From Isurus oxyrinchus (Eukaryota): a stretch of DNA of 64,000 nt. A program made the translations under genes and the position numbers. Position 1 is the stretch's first letter. The number at the start of each line of letters is the position of its first letter. The notes beneath the pieces were generated by a model. That model worked only from the letters and a program-made list of their open reading frames with translations. It did not search any database and was not told the origin of the DNA. Where the stretch lies: positions 3,596,001 through 3,660,000 of the forward strand of contig JANJGN010000039.1 of NCBI GenBank assembly GCA_026770705.1. The letters are read 5' to 3'. Shown here in pieces: positions 13,579 through 26,635 of the stretch.

Positions 13579-16465
13579 CCAAAAAAAAATGAAGGCGTCC
13601 AGAGGCCCCTTAATTCACAGTCAACTCTCGCGATTTTGAAACAGCTTTGTCGAAATGCCATATATTTCCTTAGTTTCAGTCTGAGACCTTTCTTATGTGG
13701 CAGAGCGACAGGTAATATTTTTCAATTGAAAAGAGTGGGAGCAATGTGGAGAAAAACATGTTACATTTATGATTAGGGCATTATACAACGTTCCCATTAA
13801 CTTCCTTTAAAACCCTGGAATTAAAAATTCTTGTCTTGGAGATTTGCCCCTCCCATGTCTGTATAATTTGTCTATTAATATTATTTTTGTTCACATTAAG
13901 TTTGTTGAATCCCTGCTCCTGATTCAGGAATAGTTTCCATGCGATGTCTGACAGGCTGATCTATTCCTCAACTTCAGTAACTGAAACATGGTTACCATTC
14001 AGCGTGTCCGCTACCTGATTAGTTTCATTGACAGGAACATCGTTATGAGTATTGAACTGACCAACAGTGCTTATGCGAACCGTGCTTTTCCTCATATAAT
14101 TGTGACATATTTAGGTGCTGATTCGAATATCACGAGCAGCTTTCGTTCCACACTCCATCCTTGTGTATGTTCTCCTCAATTTAACTTTATGTGAAGAGCT
14201 ACTGAGGCATAGGCATGGGGTGGGTGTAATGGTGATGGGAACAATACCTTTGATGCTGCAAATGGTAATGATTAGGAACTTGCTGCTTTTAAATGTAGAA
14301 GCAGGGATAGTCATGATATCAAAAAAAAATTGTTTGGAGGAAATTAACATACAGGGACATGGGGATAGGGCGGAGGATGGGGCTACACTTATTGCCACGA
14401 ACTTGCATTGATGGAAAAGCCGTTTGTCTTCTTTCTCTGTCCTAGTGACTCTACAATTGTGTCTCACATCGAGTAACACGCTTTTAGTTCCTCGAGGAGA
14501 AACTCTGGGAACTTCCCTCCTTCGCCCCCTGCAACCATTTCCTCCTGATCGTTTTGTTTCATGTTCTCCTGCACGGCCCACCACAGAAAAGTGGCCTCAG
14601 TCCTCTGCAGAGCCCTGGACTAAAGAACTGCAACACTGCCGTCCGATCCTTCACTCTTCCACATTGCTCCTTTTCCTTTTACAGACAATCCATACAGGGA
14701 AACTCAGATTCAGCCTCCTGACAATAGGTGCAGCTGCAGTTTCAGCTACACTGCACCACTTAATTACACCCCAAGACCCCCTTCACTACGTTCAGCAAGC
14801 GGCCAGCGAGTGGAGCTCTGGCCTGAAGCCTTCACTCAGGTAAATGAGATGCAGCAGGAAGTGAAAAGCCTTCTGTCCCAATAAGTTCAGTGATTGATGT
14901 CACTACTCGTTCGTGTGTGAATATAAAAGCAGCACAATTTCAGAGATTAGAATAAGGGCACTTCAGCTCCAACATCCTGATACTAACTCTGAGCAAATAC
15001 ACTGAACATAATGAAAAATCTCATCTTGCTGATAGTAGTTTTAATGCTTATTCAGCCCAGTGCCATTGCTGGAGGAATGTCCCACTGAGCCACAGAGATA
15101 TATAATTCTACATTTCACCGATGACTCAGCAGCCAGCTTTCGTACAGTTTGATTTGTATTCATTTAAATGTTGATAATTGAAAATCATGTTTTAATCTGC
15201 TGAAGTAAGATGACTGTGCGTGAGGCAGAAAGATTTAACATTAAACAGTTCCACAGGTTAATTCACTGAATGTTTAGCCACTAGTTGAGCAGCTAGAGGG
15301 AATAGCGGTTGTTGGGAGTTGATCTGAACCGAAGACCAAGAAAGTGGCAGCGCAGTGGATCACAAGTGTATGAATGACCTGCATACGAGACTCTAGAGTT
15401 GATCTTGCACAGATGCACCGCATGGTGGTAGCCCCGATTAGCCGGTTCCATTCACTGTTACCGGCTCTGAAGTGTGAGAGTGCGGACTATGTACATGGAC
15501 TCGAACGGATGACCCCTCAGCCCCTTTGACACACTCTCACTGTCCCGCCTCCCAGGTGGTGAATGAGGAATTCGGAGAGACACCCGATGAATGTCAAACA
15601 AATACCCAGACATCGGTCAGCTTCCCATAATGATGGCGGGGGGGGGGGGAGGGGGGGGGGGGTGGGGGGTGGGGGGTGGAGGGGAGGGTAAAACGTTTTA
15701 AGACTGGCTCATTAAATTATGTCAAACTGCATCTTTCAAAGTGATTGGAGTGAGAGAACACAGATTATGTCTGTGAGACAAGTGGTTAGTTTAGCCGTTG
15801 TCACTCTGCCTCAGTCGGGTTTTGAGTGAACAAATTGGGGGTTGATGTCACACTCCAGTAGACCCACCCCAGCACAGGGAGTGTGCTGCATTGCTGGATG
15901 CGTCAGTGTTTGGATTAAATATTAAATAGAGATCCCGTCTACCTCTTCATCGGAAACGATTATATCAGATAAATTGTTTGAATTTCTGGCAGTTCTCTGT
16001 GGTGTCCTGGAACAGCATCACTCTTTCAACATGGTCTGTGATTCCTCAGAGTATCAAATGTCAGTCTCTGTTCGTGGGAGTTTGTTGAAAGCTGGTTGGC
16101 TGCAGTGTTTTCCATAAAACAGTCTTAGCACTTCGGAGAAAATATTCATGGTCTGTTCAACTCTTTTGAACGTTCGATGACAGCAAATGGCGGACCTTTC
16201 ATTGTATTATCTCTGGTCTCAGATTGTGAGTGTAATCGTGTACCCATTTGAGAAACCAAATCTTGGACTGACTTTCAGGCAAAGCGCATGTGTGTAGAGA
16301 TCCAGGGGAGGAGGGAAGTGTGGGCTCTAATTAAAGAGATGCCCATTCACACTTTATTTTGGTTTACAGGATTCCCGGTGTTCTGCCGTGTGGACAGAGG
16401 AAGTGATAGGATTCGGATTAGTGGAAGCAACGTCCGTGTCGCCGTCTGTGAAAGGAACAAAATAG
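13579..16465 (+). CDS. Candidate spliced gene or lncRNA of unknown function; exons 13579-13711, 14685-14839, 15556-15615, 16370-16465 (5' end not found)
   Basis: Acceptors ctcttatcag, ccttttacag, cgcctcccag, ggtttacag; donors gtaata, gtaaat, gtcagc. Phases 0-1, 1-0, 0-0, 0-stop join into one open frame. AATAAA at 16637-16642 is followed by a T/GT-rich tract. No start codon or recognisable domain. Confidence 0.35.
15780..16200 (+). mobile_element. Decayed Deu-domain-type SINE
   Basis: cacactccagta...gggagtgtgctgcattgctggatgcgtcagtgtttggattaaatattaaatagagatcccgtct resembles the central region of chondrichthyan Deu-SINEs (from recall). Confidence 0.45.
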
Positions 16466-17559
16466 TTTCCTACAGACCAAAATGGTAACATCCAGTGCCG
16501 GATTCTGGCAGCTTGAGCGCTCCAAGTTCTTAATGAATGATATCTTCGTTCATTGGAAACACGGTCTGTTTGATTGTTTAACTCAGTGACCCTGAACTGT
16601 GTATTATTGCTGTCTGGATAAGGGGCTGCAGTCTGAAATAAAACGCATTGCATTAATCACATCTTTTTGCCCGTGTCTCGTTTCACTTTGAGATTAGGGT
16701 GTCTCATGACAAGGTGATTGAGGAACTAATCAGGCTGGACGAAGATGTGGGAATTACATGGGATGGGGTGAGGAGTTCACTGTAAGGAACCTCTGAAATG
16801 TCAGAATAACAAACACAGAAGCGGACCGGGATAAAACAGGTGTCCCAGGGTGTCACCACTCTGAACATTCACGGAGCAGGATATCTCAAAAATATCAGGG
16901 TGCAGATAAGGCTCTCGGGGTTTTGAAGTGGACGGTGAAAGGCGCTGGGGATTGGGGAATTGCATCCGGGATGGGGAAGGGGCACGAAGGGAGGTTCAGC
17001 ATTTGAGTGGACGGGGAAGTGTCTAAGCCTTAGTAAATTGGTACAATAGTAGGCCATTCAGACCATTTGCCTGCTCCTTCATTTAATAATAACACAGTTG
17101 ATATGATTGTGCCCACATGTTCTCACCCTGCAGATCCCAGCACACTTTCACTCACTTGTTAATCAAGAACAAAACGATTGTAGCTGCTGAAATGTTGATA
17201 GGATGGACATTTTTGCAGGTTCAAGAAGAATGTCCGTAACTTCCTTTGAGGGAGCAGCATAATTGAATGGCAATTCCTCACTTTGCATGTTTTCACGAGA
17301 AATGACTGAGTTTTGCAGGAAGCAGCATTCGGACAGTTTTGGGAAAACAGGGTTCTCAGTTTTCAAACCTGAGGCTCTACCAACTGATCCAAGTTGCCAC
17401 AGGGCAGACAAATGAACTTGCTTTGTTTCAAAACAGAATTTCTTAGCGTGTCAGGAAACATGAAATCCATTACAGTGTGGAAACACGTTAGGCATACGTG
17501 AAATATTTCCCAGGATGTTGAAGTTGATCGCAGTGTGGTGAGTGAGTCAGAAGAATGGA

Positions 17560-18060
17560 AACGAGTTTCTTTTGTTGGGGAGTCTCTTCAGTGGGTGGGG
17601 GAGCGAGACCAGAGTTTTGGGAACAGTTTAACTGGGTGCCTAAGGGCGATCAAATGGATGCGAAGAGTTTCAACGGGTTTGGGGTTTAGGAAGAGGAAGG
17701 TCAGAGGACTGCTGAGAGTTTCATTCGGCGGTGAAGGGAGATCCAGGGCTGAGAATAATTCCAGCGGGTGGGTCAGATATTTTGGGAAGAGTTTCAGTGG
17801 GTAGGAGAGTGCGATGAGATGAATGTGAAGTGTTTCTGTGGATGGGGAATGATGATTAGAAATTTCGGACAAGATTAATTGACTGGGGAAAGTAGATGAA
17901 ATGGCTGCAGAGTGTTTCTGTGAATGGGAAAGTGCGATCAATTGGTGGGAAGGAGTTCCAGTGGGTGGGGAACGGGAATTACGGGGATTCAATAGCTGTA
18001 GTAGATGTGCAATCGTTGTCAGGAGTCTGGAAGAACGGTCAGAAATCATGGGGAGGTTTT
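17560..18060. repeat. Degenerate purine-rich tandem repeat
   Basis: Recurring (ga)gtttcagtgggtggg-like motifs; visible as the duplicated peptide ETLxIHLIALxxPxKLFPK in ORF 17588-18049. Confidence 0.6.
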
Positions 18061-18299
18061 TGTCTCGTTATGTTGTGCAGGGCAGCACAAAGGCTCCAAT
18101 GAAAATTTAAATCACATTCACATTGTGTTGACTGGCCTAATTCATTGTTTTTGTTTATCCTTTCCGTTTTTCTACGCAAGGAAATATAATGTATGTCTCA
18201 AAGTCAAGATCCAAGAACATTAAAAACAATGGCATCCTTTTAAAATGTAGTCGCTGCTGTCGGAAATACAGCAAATACATTTCCCTGATGTGAACTAAA

Positions 18300-18790
18300 A
18301 CAGCTACAGTACTGCAGAAAGTCAAATGTTGAGAGATGAGAAGCTTGGGAGAGGAAGGGGTGAAATTAAAGGAGAGAACAAGATGGAAGTCAGTGAACGG
18401 AGAAAACACGTTAGAGGCAGAGGATTTTCGGGAGGCAGTTCCAGAGCCAATATCTCTGGAACCTGAAGGCACAGCCACCAATGGCGGAGAGATTGAAGCC
18501 TGGTTTCTCCTAGGATTAGAGGTGTGGAGATGTCTCAGAGCATTGTCGGGCTGGACAGTCTTCCAGAGATAGGGACAGGAAAGGCCATATTGCGATTTGA
18601 CAAAGGGGAGGTGAATTTTAAATCTGAGACCAAGAATCCATGCAGGTCAACGAGGCCGGGCCTGATAGGTGATCGATATTTGGCGCAAATTCAGATATGG
18701 AAAACTATTTTCTTTAATGATCATCAGTTTCTGGAGGATGAAAAATCAGACGCTGGCCAGGTATCTGCATTGGCACACTCAGCTGCTTCT
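18300..18790 (-). mobile_element. L2-class LINE 3' fragment
   Basis: gttccagagc...ctgaaggcacagccaccaatggcggag is the reverse complement of the L2-type 3' region also seen at 56300-56595 and 23380-23930. Confidence 0.5.
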
Positions 18791-19189
18791 GCAACTCTGC
18801 ATGCCACATCTGAGAGTTCAGCAATCTCTCAACATTTAGATCATATGTTTCTTTTTAAATAGTTATTTTCCTGCCACTGTGGATAATTCCACATTCTCTA
18901 CATTATATTGAATTTTCCAGTTCTATCCCATTAACGTAACCTGTGTCGCTACTTTTATCAGCTCATTATGTCATCTTCTCAATTTACTTTCCTACCTGCC
19001 TCGGTGTCATCAACACATGTAGCACTGACTGCACAAGTATGTTATATATGGTGTAAATGTTCCTCAACGCTGGGTCAACATCTGTAAATACCGCATCTAA
19101 GATGGCGGGAAGTTCGTTGATGTAGCAGCAGAAAAATGTTTTGAAGGGGGAGCTGGAAGTACAAGGGGGACAAGTGCTCTGTCCTGATG

Positions 19190-21985
19190 CAAGTGTGGCA
19201 CAGATTGAAATTGGCAGATATGATGCGGTGGGCATCACAGAGACATGGCTGCTAGGGGATCAGGACTGGGAGCTAAATATCCATCGTATCGAAAAGATAT
19301 GCGGGTTTGCAGAGGGGGTGGGGTTGCTTTTTTGGTAAGAAATGAAATGAAATCGATAGCTAGAAATGACGTTGAGTCAAATGAGTTAGAATATGTGGGT
19401 AGAGTTGAGGAACCACAAAGGTAAAAAAAATAAACATAATGGAAGTTATGTACAGGCTTCTGAAAAGTAGTCAGAATGTGGGGCTGAAGATACACGAGGA
19501 GATAGGAAACGCGTGTAAGAAACGCAAGGTTACAGTAATCAAAGATTTTAAAATGCAGGTAGAGTGGGAAAAGCAGGCTGGTAGTGAATCCCAAGAAAAG
19601 GAATTTGTGGAATGTCTACGAGATGTCTTTTTGGAGCAGCTTGTGGTGGAGCCCACTAGGGGACAGGCAATTCTAGATTTAGTGATGTGTAATGAGGCAG
19701 ATTTGATCTGGGAACTTAAGCTGAAGGAACTCTTAGGAGGAAGTGACCTTAATATGATAGAATTTACCCTGTAGTTCGAGAGGAAAAAGATGAAATCGGA
19801 TGTAGTGGTATTACTGATGAATAAAGGCAACTAGAGGGGCATGAGGGAGAAGCTGGCCAGATTTGACTGGGAGATGAGCCTAGCAGGAAAGACAGTGCAA
19901 CAGCAATGGCAGGAGTTTCGGGAGTAAATTGGGAGGCACAGCAAAAAAATCATCCCCAGGAATAAGAAGCATACAAAAGGGAGGATGAGTCAACCATGGC
20001 TGAGAAAGCAAGTCAGGGACAGCAGAAAAGCTAAAGAGAAAGCATAACAAGGCATGAAGAGTAATGGGATTACAGGGGATTGGGAGGTCCACAAAGACCA
20101 ACAGAGGATAATTAAAAAAGAAATAAGGAGGGAGAAGTTTCAATAAGAGGGTAAACTAACCAGTAGTATAAGAGAAGATTGCAAGAGTAATTTTTAGACA
20201 TATAAAGGGTAAGAGAGAGGCAAAAGTGGACATTGGGCCACTGGAAAATGACGCTGGAGAAGTACTAATGGGGGACAAAGAAATGGCGGAGGAACTGAAT
20301 AAGTACTTTGTGCCAATCTTCATGGTGGATGACACGAGTAACATCCCCAAAGTTCAAGAGAGTCGGAGGGCAGAGATGAGTATGGTGGCCATTACCAAGG
20401 AGAAGGTGCTAGGAAAACTGAAAGGTCTAAAGGTGGATAATCATCTGGACCAGATGGATTACCCCCCAGAGTTCTGAAGGAGATAGCTGAAGAGGCAGTG
20501 GAGGCGTTAGTGGTGATCTTTCAGGAATTACCGGTGTCAGGGAGGGTGCCAGATGACTGGAAAACCGCTAATGTAACCCTACTGTTTAATAATGGAGTTA
20601 TGGAAAAGAGGGGAACTTATAGGTCGAATAGCCTGACCTCGGTCATCGGTAAGATTTTAAGGTCCATTAATAAGGAAGAGATTTCGGAATACTTGAAAGT
20701 TCTTGGTAAAATAGGACAAAGTCAGCATGGTTTCATCAAGGGGAGTTCACGCCTAACAAATCTGTCAAAATTCTTTGAGCAGATAACGAGTAGATTAGAC
20801 AAAGGAGACCCAGTTGATATTACCTACTTGGACTTCCAGAAGGCCTTTGAAAAGGAGCCCCACAGGAGGCTGCTCAGTAAGATAAGAACCCCCTTGGTTT
20901 TAGAGGCAAACTACTACCGTGGATAGAAGATCGGCTGTCTTGCAGGAGGCAGAGACTGGAAATAAGGGCGCAATTCTCAGGATTGCGGCGGGAAACTCTT
21001 GAAGTTCCACAAGGGTCAGTGTTAGGACCACAACTTTTCACTTTATACATGAATGATCTAGATGAAGGAACTGAGAGAATCCTGGTTAAGTTTGTAGATG
21101 ATACAAAGATAGGTGGGGAGACACGTAGTAATGAGCAGGCATAGAGGCTGCAGTAGATTTTGGACAGGTTAGGAGAATATGCAAAGAAGTGGCAGATGAG
21201 ATATCACGTGGGAAAATGTGAGGCCATGCAGTTTGCCCGCAAGAATAGAGGCATGGACTATTTTCTAAATGGGGAGCGAATTCAGAATTCGGGAGTGCAA
21301 AGGGGCTTGGGAGTCTATGTCCAGGACACTTTTAAGGTTAACTTGCATGTTGTGTTGGTATTTAGGAAGGCAAATGCAATGGTGGAAATTATTTCGCGAG
21401 GAATAGACTATAAAACCAGATATATGCTGCTGAGGCTTTATAAGGCTCTGGGCAAACCACATTTACAATGTTTTGAACAATTGTGGGCCCCATATCTCGG
21501 GAATGATGTTCTGGCTCTGGGGAGGGTTCGGAGTAGGTTCACGAGAACGATCTCAGAAATGAAAGGCTTAACTTATGAGGAAAGTTTGAGGACTCTGAGT
21601 CTATAATCGATGGAGTTTAGAAAGATGAGGGGGGATCGGATTGAATGCTACAGTATACCGAAAGGCCTGGTTAGTGTGGAGGCGGGGAGGATGTCTTCAT
21701 TAATAGGAGAGACTAGGACCCGAGGGCACAGATGCAGAGTAAAGTGAAGACCTTTAAGAACAGAGATAAGGGGAAAATTCTTTAGCCATAGAGTTGTGAA
21801 TCTATGGAATTCATTGCTACAGAAGGCTGTGCATTCCAGGTCACTTAAGAACGAAATAGATATGTTCTTGGATGGTAACGGGATCAAGGGTTATGGGGAG
21901 AAGGCGGGAGAATGGGTTTGACAAGCATATCAGCCATGATTGAAAGCGGAGGAGACTCGACGGGCCTAATGGCGTAATTTCTACC
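19190..21985 (+). mobile_element. CR1 LINE, near-complete ORF2 (APE endonuclease plus RT) with stops and frameshifts
   Basis: VGITETWL and PTRGQAILDLVMCNE...GGSDLNMIEF (APE); QHGFIKGSSRLTNL, YLDFQKAF, VPQGSVLGP, FVDDTK (RT); 3' tail region ending ~21985. Confidence 0.93.
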
Positions 21986-22374
21986 CCCATGTCTTAGGGT
22001 TTTCTGGTATTAAGTGTGAAATTGAAACTGCAGGTTATGCCTCTTGGCCATTGTAACCAGGAATGCCAGGAGCTGGCTAAAGATATGGTCCCTGAGCTGC
22101 CTTTACCTCTTCTGAAATCAGCTTGAAATAAACCAATATTGATAGCGATAAAAGGTCATGGTAACCAGGCCATTTTTCCAGAGTAATTCCCATTGGAACC
22201 ATCAGTGCGGACACTGTGTAGAGAGCCTATTTTTTTCATATGTTTCTGTTGGTCTGTGCATTATAATTGCAAAAGCTACAGTTTGAGAAGCTGGTTTACT
22301 TGAACAGTGTGAGGGAAATAAATAATTCTGCTCTCCTGGAACAGTCTTTGCCATGTATGACAGATTTTATTCAA

Positions 22375-22485
22375 TTCATGTTTCACCATCTGCCGTGGTG
22401 GGATTCAAACCTGGGTCCCCAGAGTATTACCCTGGGTCTCTGGAGTACGAGTCCAGTGACAAAACCACTATGCCACCGCTGCCTC
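22375..22485 (-). mobile_element. tRNA-derived SINE head
   Basis: Reverse complement ggcagcggtggcatagtgg (A box) ... ggtttgaatccc (B box). Confidence 0.7.
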
Positions 22486-23379
22486 CCCACCATGTATGAC
22501 AGAGTGGTACCGAGGAGGAGTCCAATCTAATTGGGAACTGCATTGCCGCATCATATTATTTATTCCCTGGTCAGGCAACCAGGGCTTGTTTGAAAGACAT
22601 GCAGCAGATTTGCTACTGCCAGAACATATTTCTCCTGTGTGTACAATATAACAACAATTTTGTAATGATACGCAGTTGTTTTTCACCCTAACATCTCTAT
22701 ACCCTGCTCTTACCCTCTCTGGAAATCCCCTGCCAAGAAGAAAAGGGGAAAAGCACCTTTCGAAGCACTGAAAGACAAGTGTTCAACTAGTGAGCTAAAG
22801 ACTGAAGACACTGGAAGGGCACCTCGTATCATTATCGAGAACAAAAATGAATTTCAAATACATTAATCAATATCAACTAATCGAACCCTGTAGTCAGGAA
22901 TTGCCGTTATTAATCTTTTTCATCTCACCCTTCCAATGTTTCTTGTGACTTTTGAATATTGTGTCTCTGTAAATAGGGTTTTAAGGAGGGATGGGGTTTA
23001 GGTCATAGAGTTAGTATTGACTGGTTCATATTTCTTCCTTTAGCCTCTGGTTAAAAGTTTTTTTTTTCAATGTGCAGTTATTTATTTATTTAGTTTACAA
23101 CCCTGTTGCTTGTATTCTGCTAACCTAAATTAAACAATATGGAGGTTTGATCAAACCTTTCACATGTGTCGTGGTTCAGGGAGCAGCACAATATTCCCAT
23201 CGAGTCATGGCGAAGTTTCTGGACGACAGCGACATATTTTGGATCAAAAGACAACGTTGATTCGAGTGGAGATTTAGAAAATAATAAATGCTTAAAGGAA
23301 AACACCAAGTTTGTACTATAAAAAATACGATGGCGCTGGAAACTGCTCTCCAAAGCTTACGGGCCAGGCTCCTGCAACC

Positions 23380-23930
23380 CTGGCTATCATTCTAGTTCGA
23401 CTGAAATCAGGAACATACAAGGTGCTGGAATTAGAGGAACCCAGAAGTTGCATACTGCTGTGGGGGCTGGAGGAGATGACAAGAGTTGGGAGAGGCAAGT
23501 GATTGATGGGATTTAAAAAGAAATTTTAATAAATTGAAGGCAACATGATGCTTGCCCGCTATCCCCTGCTGGCTTGAGAACATAGGATTGATAGAGAAAT
23601 GAGGCTTGCTGTAAGCTAGGGCGCTGCAGCAGAGATTTAAATGACATCAAATTTATGCAAGTTAGAGTGTGGGAGGTTAGAATTGCTGCGTTGGAATTCT
23701 GAAGTCTAGAGGGAACGAAGTTTTAGATGTGGCTCCAGCAGTGAATTCAGTGAGGCAGGATTAAAATTGAGAGATAGAAACGGCCTGTCTAAGTGATGGC
23801 GTCAACTGTATGACAGCACGGCTGTTAATAGCCCGGTTCAGACTGAGACGGGTGTTAGGCAGCGGAATGGCTTGGAGAGCTAATTAATGGAGTGTGAAGA
23901 ATAATCACACGGACTGAAAACGCTACATTT
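23380..23930 (-). mobile_element. L2-class LINE fragment, decayed
   Basis: Similar to 18400-18790 and 57400-57640. Confidence 0.4.
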
Positions 23931-23994
23931 TGTTTCCCCTCCGCACACCCTGTTAGAAAGCGCGGTAGATCTGCAGCGACAGAGACGATTTTTA

Positions 23995-24960
23995 TCATTA
24001 TTATTCTTTTACGAGATGTGGGCGCCATTTGTTAGGCTTGCATTTATTGATTTGTTCCCTTGCAAAGCTGGTGGTGAGTTTCCTTTTGAACTGCTGGAGG
24101 TGCTGTTGTGTCCGTACAACCACAGCACTAATTGGAAGGGAGTTCCAGGGTTTTGACCCAGAGACAGTGACGGGACGGCGATATACTTCCAGTCAGAATG
24201 GTGGGTGTCTTGAAGTTCAACATTCAATTTGCAGGTTTTCCTGTGCACCCGCTGTTCTTGCGCTACTGGATGTAAGCGGTCTTGCATTTGGAAGGGGTTG
24301 TCTAAGGAACTTTGGTGAATTTGTGCAGTGCATGTTGTAGGTGGCGGACACTGCTGCTACAATTGCGACGGTGGTGGAGGGAGTGAATATTTGTGAAAGT
24401 GGTGCTAATTAAGGAGGCTGTTTTGTCCTGGATGGCGCATTGCTTCGTTCGTGTTGCTGGAGCTGTAAGCTTCCAAGTAAGCGGAGAGCATAACATCACA
24501 ATGTGACCTTGTGCCTTGTCCAGTTAGGAAGGGTTTGGGGAGCCAAGAGAGCAGTTACGCGCTGCGTTATTAACCTCTTGCCTGCATTGATATGCATAGT
24601 GTTTATATGGTTATTCAAGATCCAGTACTGGCCATTGAGAAGCGAATAAAGTTGATAGTGTGGAAGTTATCCATGGTAATGACATTGAATTTCAATGGGC
24701 AATGGATAGATTGTATCTTTTTATGATGGTCATTGTCTGGCTCGTGAAAGTTGCTTTCCACATGTCAGCTAAAGGGCGTGTATTGTCCAGTTCATTCTCA
24801 ATTTGATCACGGACTGCTTCATTACCTCACGAGCCAAGAATGGCGTTGCACCTTGTGCAATCATTAGCAAACAGCTCCAGTTCTTACCTTATGATGGATG
24901 GAAGGTAATTGATGATGCAGCTGAAGATGGCTGGACCTAGCACACTGCCCTGACGAACGC
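23995..24960 (-). mobile_element. CR1/L2-class LINE family B, 3' part
   Basis: Reverse complement of the 2280-3225 and 9500-10435 elements, including the tail (gcatttatt..., atgtgggcg). Confidence 0.8.
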
Positions 24961-26635
24961 AGGTTCCCTTAGGAACAAAACGGACGGAGGGTCGTGCATT
25001 TAATGTGGAGATTTAGAAAGTGCAGATGCCGAAATGTCAGAGCAAGTATTTAGAAAATATTGCTTGATGTGCTTATTGTAGGTATTCAGATTTCCAGGTC
25101 CTTTGCAGCCAGTACGAAGATATCACCTACACGGTAGCTGTTCATAACGTCTGCTCACGATCACCTTGTGCTAAGAACAATTAGGGATTGAAAATAACTG
25201 TTCTTGTTCTTGACAGAGATGCCCCTCATGACTTGAAGGAGTGCACATTTTAACAAGGTGAATGTTTGCCAGGGTGACAGGCATAGATTTCCATTTCACT
25301 CCAAATGTCATTCGCCATGTTAATTGGCAGCTCTTCTGATAAAGTATCTGGCAGGATGATTCGAAAAAATCAACTAGCAATGGTCAAGACGATGTTGGGT
25401 TATTTTCTGGAAAAGTCGAATGACCTGATCATCAGAGAAAGCAGAAGGGTTGTTTCCAGATTGTTTGTTCCTTGAGGGGGAGAAAGGGAACACGGCTGTC
25501 CAATGGTCTGCTTCTGTGCTGTAACCAGCATCAGATGACATTCTTCGAACTGTTTTTCAGTAAAGTAAATGAGAAGAATTGATATGAATATGTAAAAGAG
25601 AAGAAGTACATAGTATTTGTTCATATTCAATGTGCATAGCAATAGAAAGGAGGAAGCTGATGGTCAGTAATTATGCAAGCAGATGACTGATAGCTGGGAA
25701 ATCGTGCAGATGTCTTGCTGAAGCATCACTCGGTAGATTGATGATTGGGCTTCAAATTAATAATTTTAAATGGATAACATGAGAATTATGATAACAATCA
25801 TTTGCTGACCATGTGTGAAATAACCAGAGAAAAGGAAGCAGAGAGTTTTGTGAATGAGCATTTGGGGAGGAGGGACCCTCTGTGATCATGAAAAAAATAC
25901 ATGAGCGTTACGGGCTTTCAAATGAATCACAGGGAAATCGGATCTGAACATTTTTAATCCAATGCATCGAACAATCTCTCTGCCCTATGGATCATGGGGG
26001 GTGGGGGGGTTGGGGGGGGGCTGGTGTGGCGGGGGGTCAATGCTTCATTTCACCTTGTGATCACCCCTTCCAAGGCGCATCCTTTCACAAAATGCATGTT
26101 GATCAGGCTTGCACTTTTTTAATCATGTGAGCTATAAGGAAAACTGAGAAGCAACTCCTTGTGCAACTCTCCGAGATTTGGAGGGTGCCAGATTTCATAA
26201 AATTTGTTCTACACATACACCACAATTACTCTTTGAATCAGAAGAGATATTGCAGAAAACACGTGATGTTTCTTTTTCTTGTTAAATGTTTTCATGTCAT
26301 GGGTGAAACAGCTGGTGATGTTTGATGTGGTGTCCTACAGAAATGAACAACTGTTCCAATTATACGGTCAGAGCCTGGAGCGTTAATTCACTCTTTCCAG
26401 CTCTTCAATAATATTCGGCACTGTTTAGAATGTTTTACTATTATTACACATCACATTCACCTTTGACTACATACTATGGTGAAAAAGAGTACATTTTGAG
26501 CTTATATTATAAAACAGTAGGTATACAATTTTATCCAGAGAGTATAAGCATCATCTAAAGCACTTTGCCAATATGAGTTGCTTCAAGGTTCACGTGTGTG
26601 TTCTCCTGAGTATGTCAATGCATTTTCAGCTGTAA

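Noticed and set aside
14111-14843. 157-aa (-) and 139-aa (+) ORFs
   Set aside because: No motifs; only 14685-14839 has splice support, and in a different frame.
15635-15690. Long G tracts as functional G-quadruplexes (also ~26000, 34665, 46425, 60575)
   Set aside because: Low-complexity runs of unreliable length that are common across the window; nothing indicates function.
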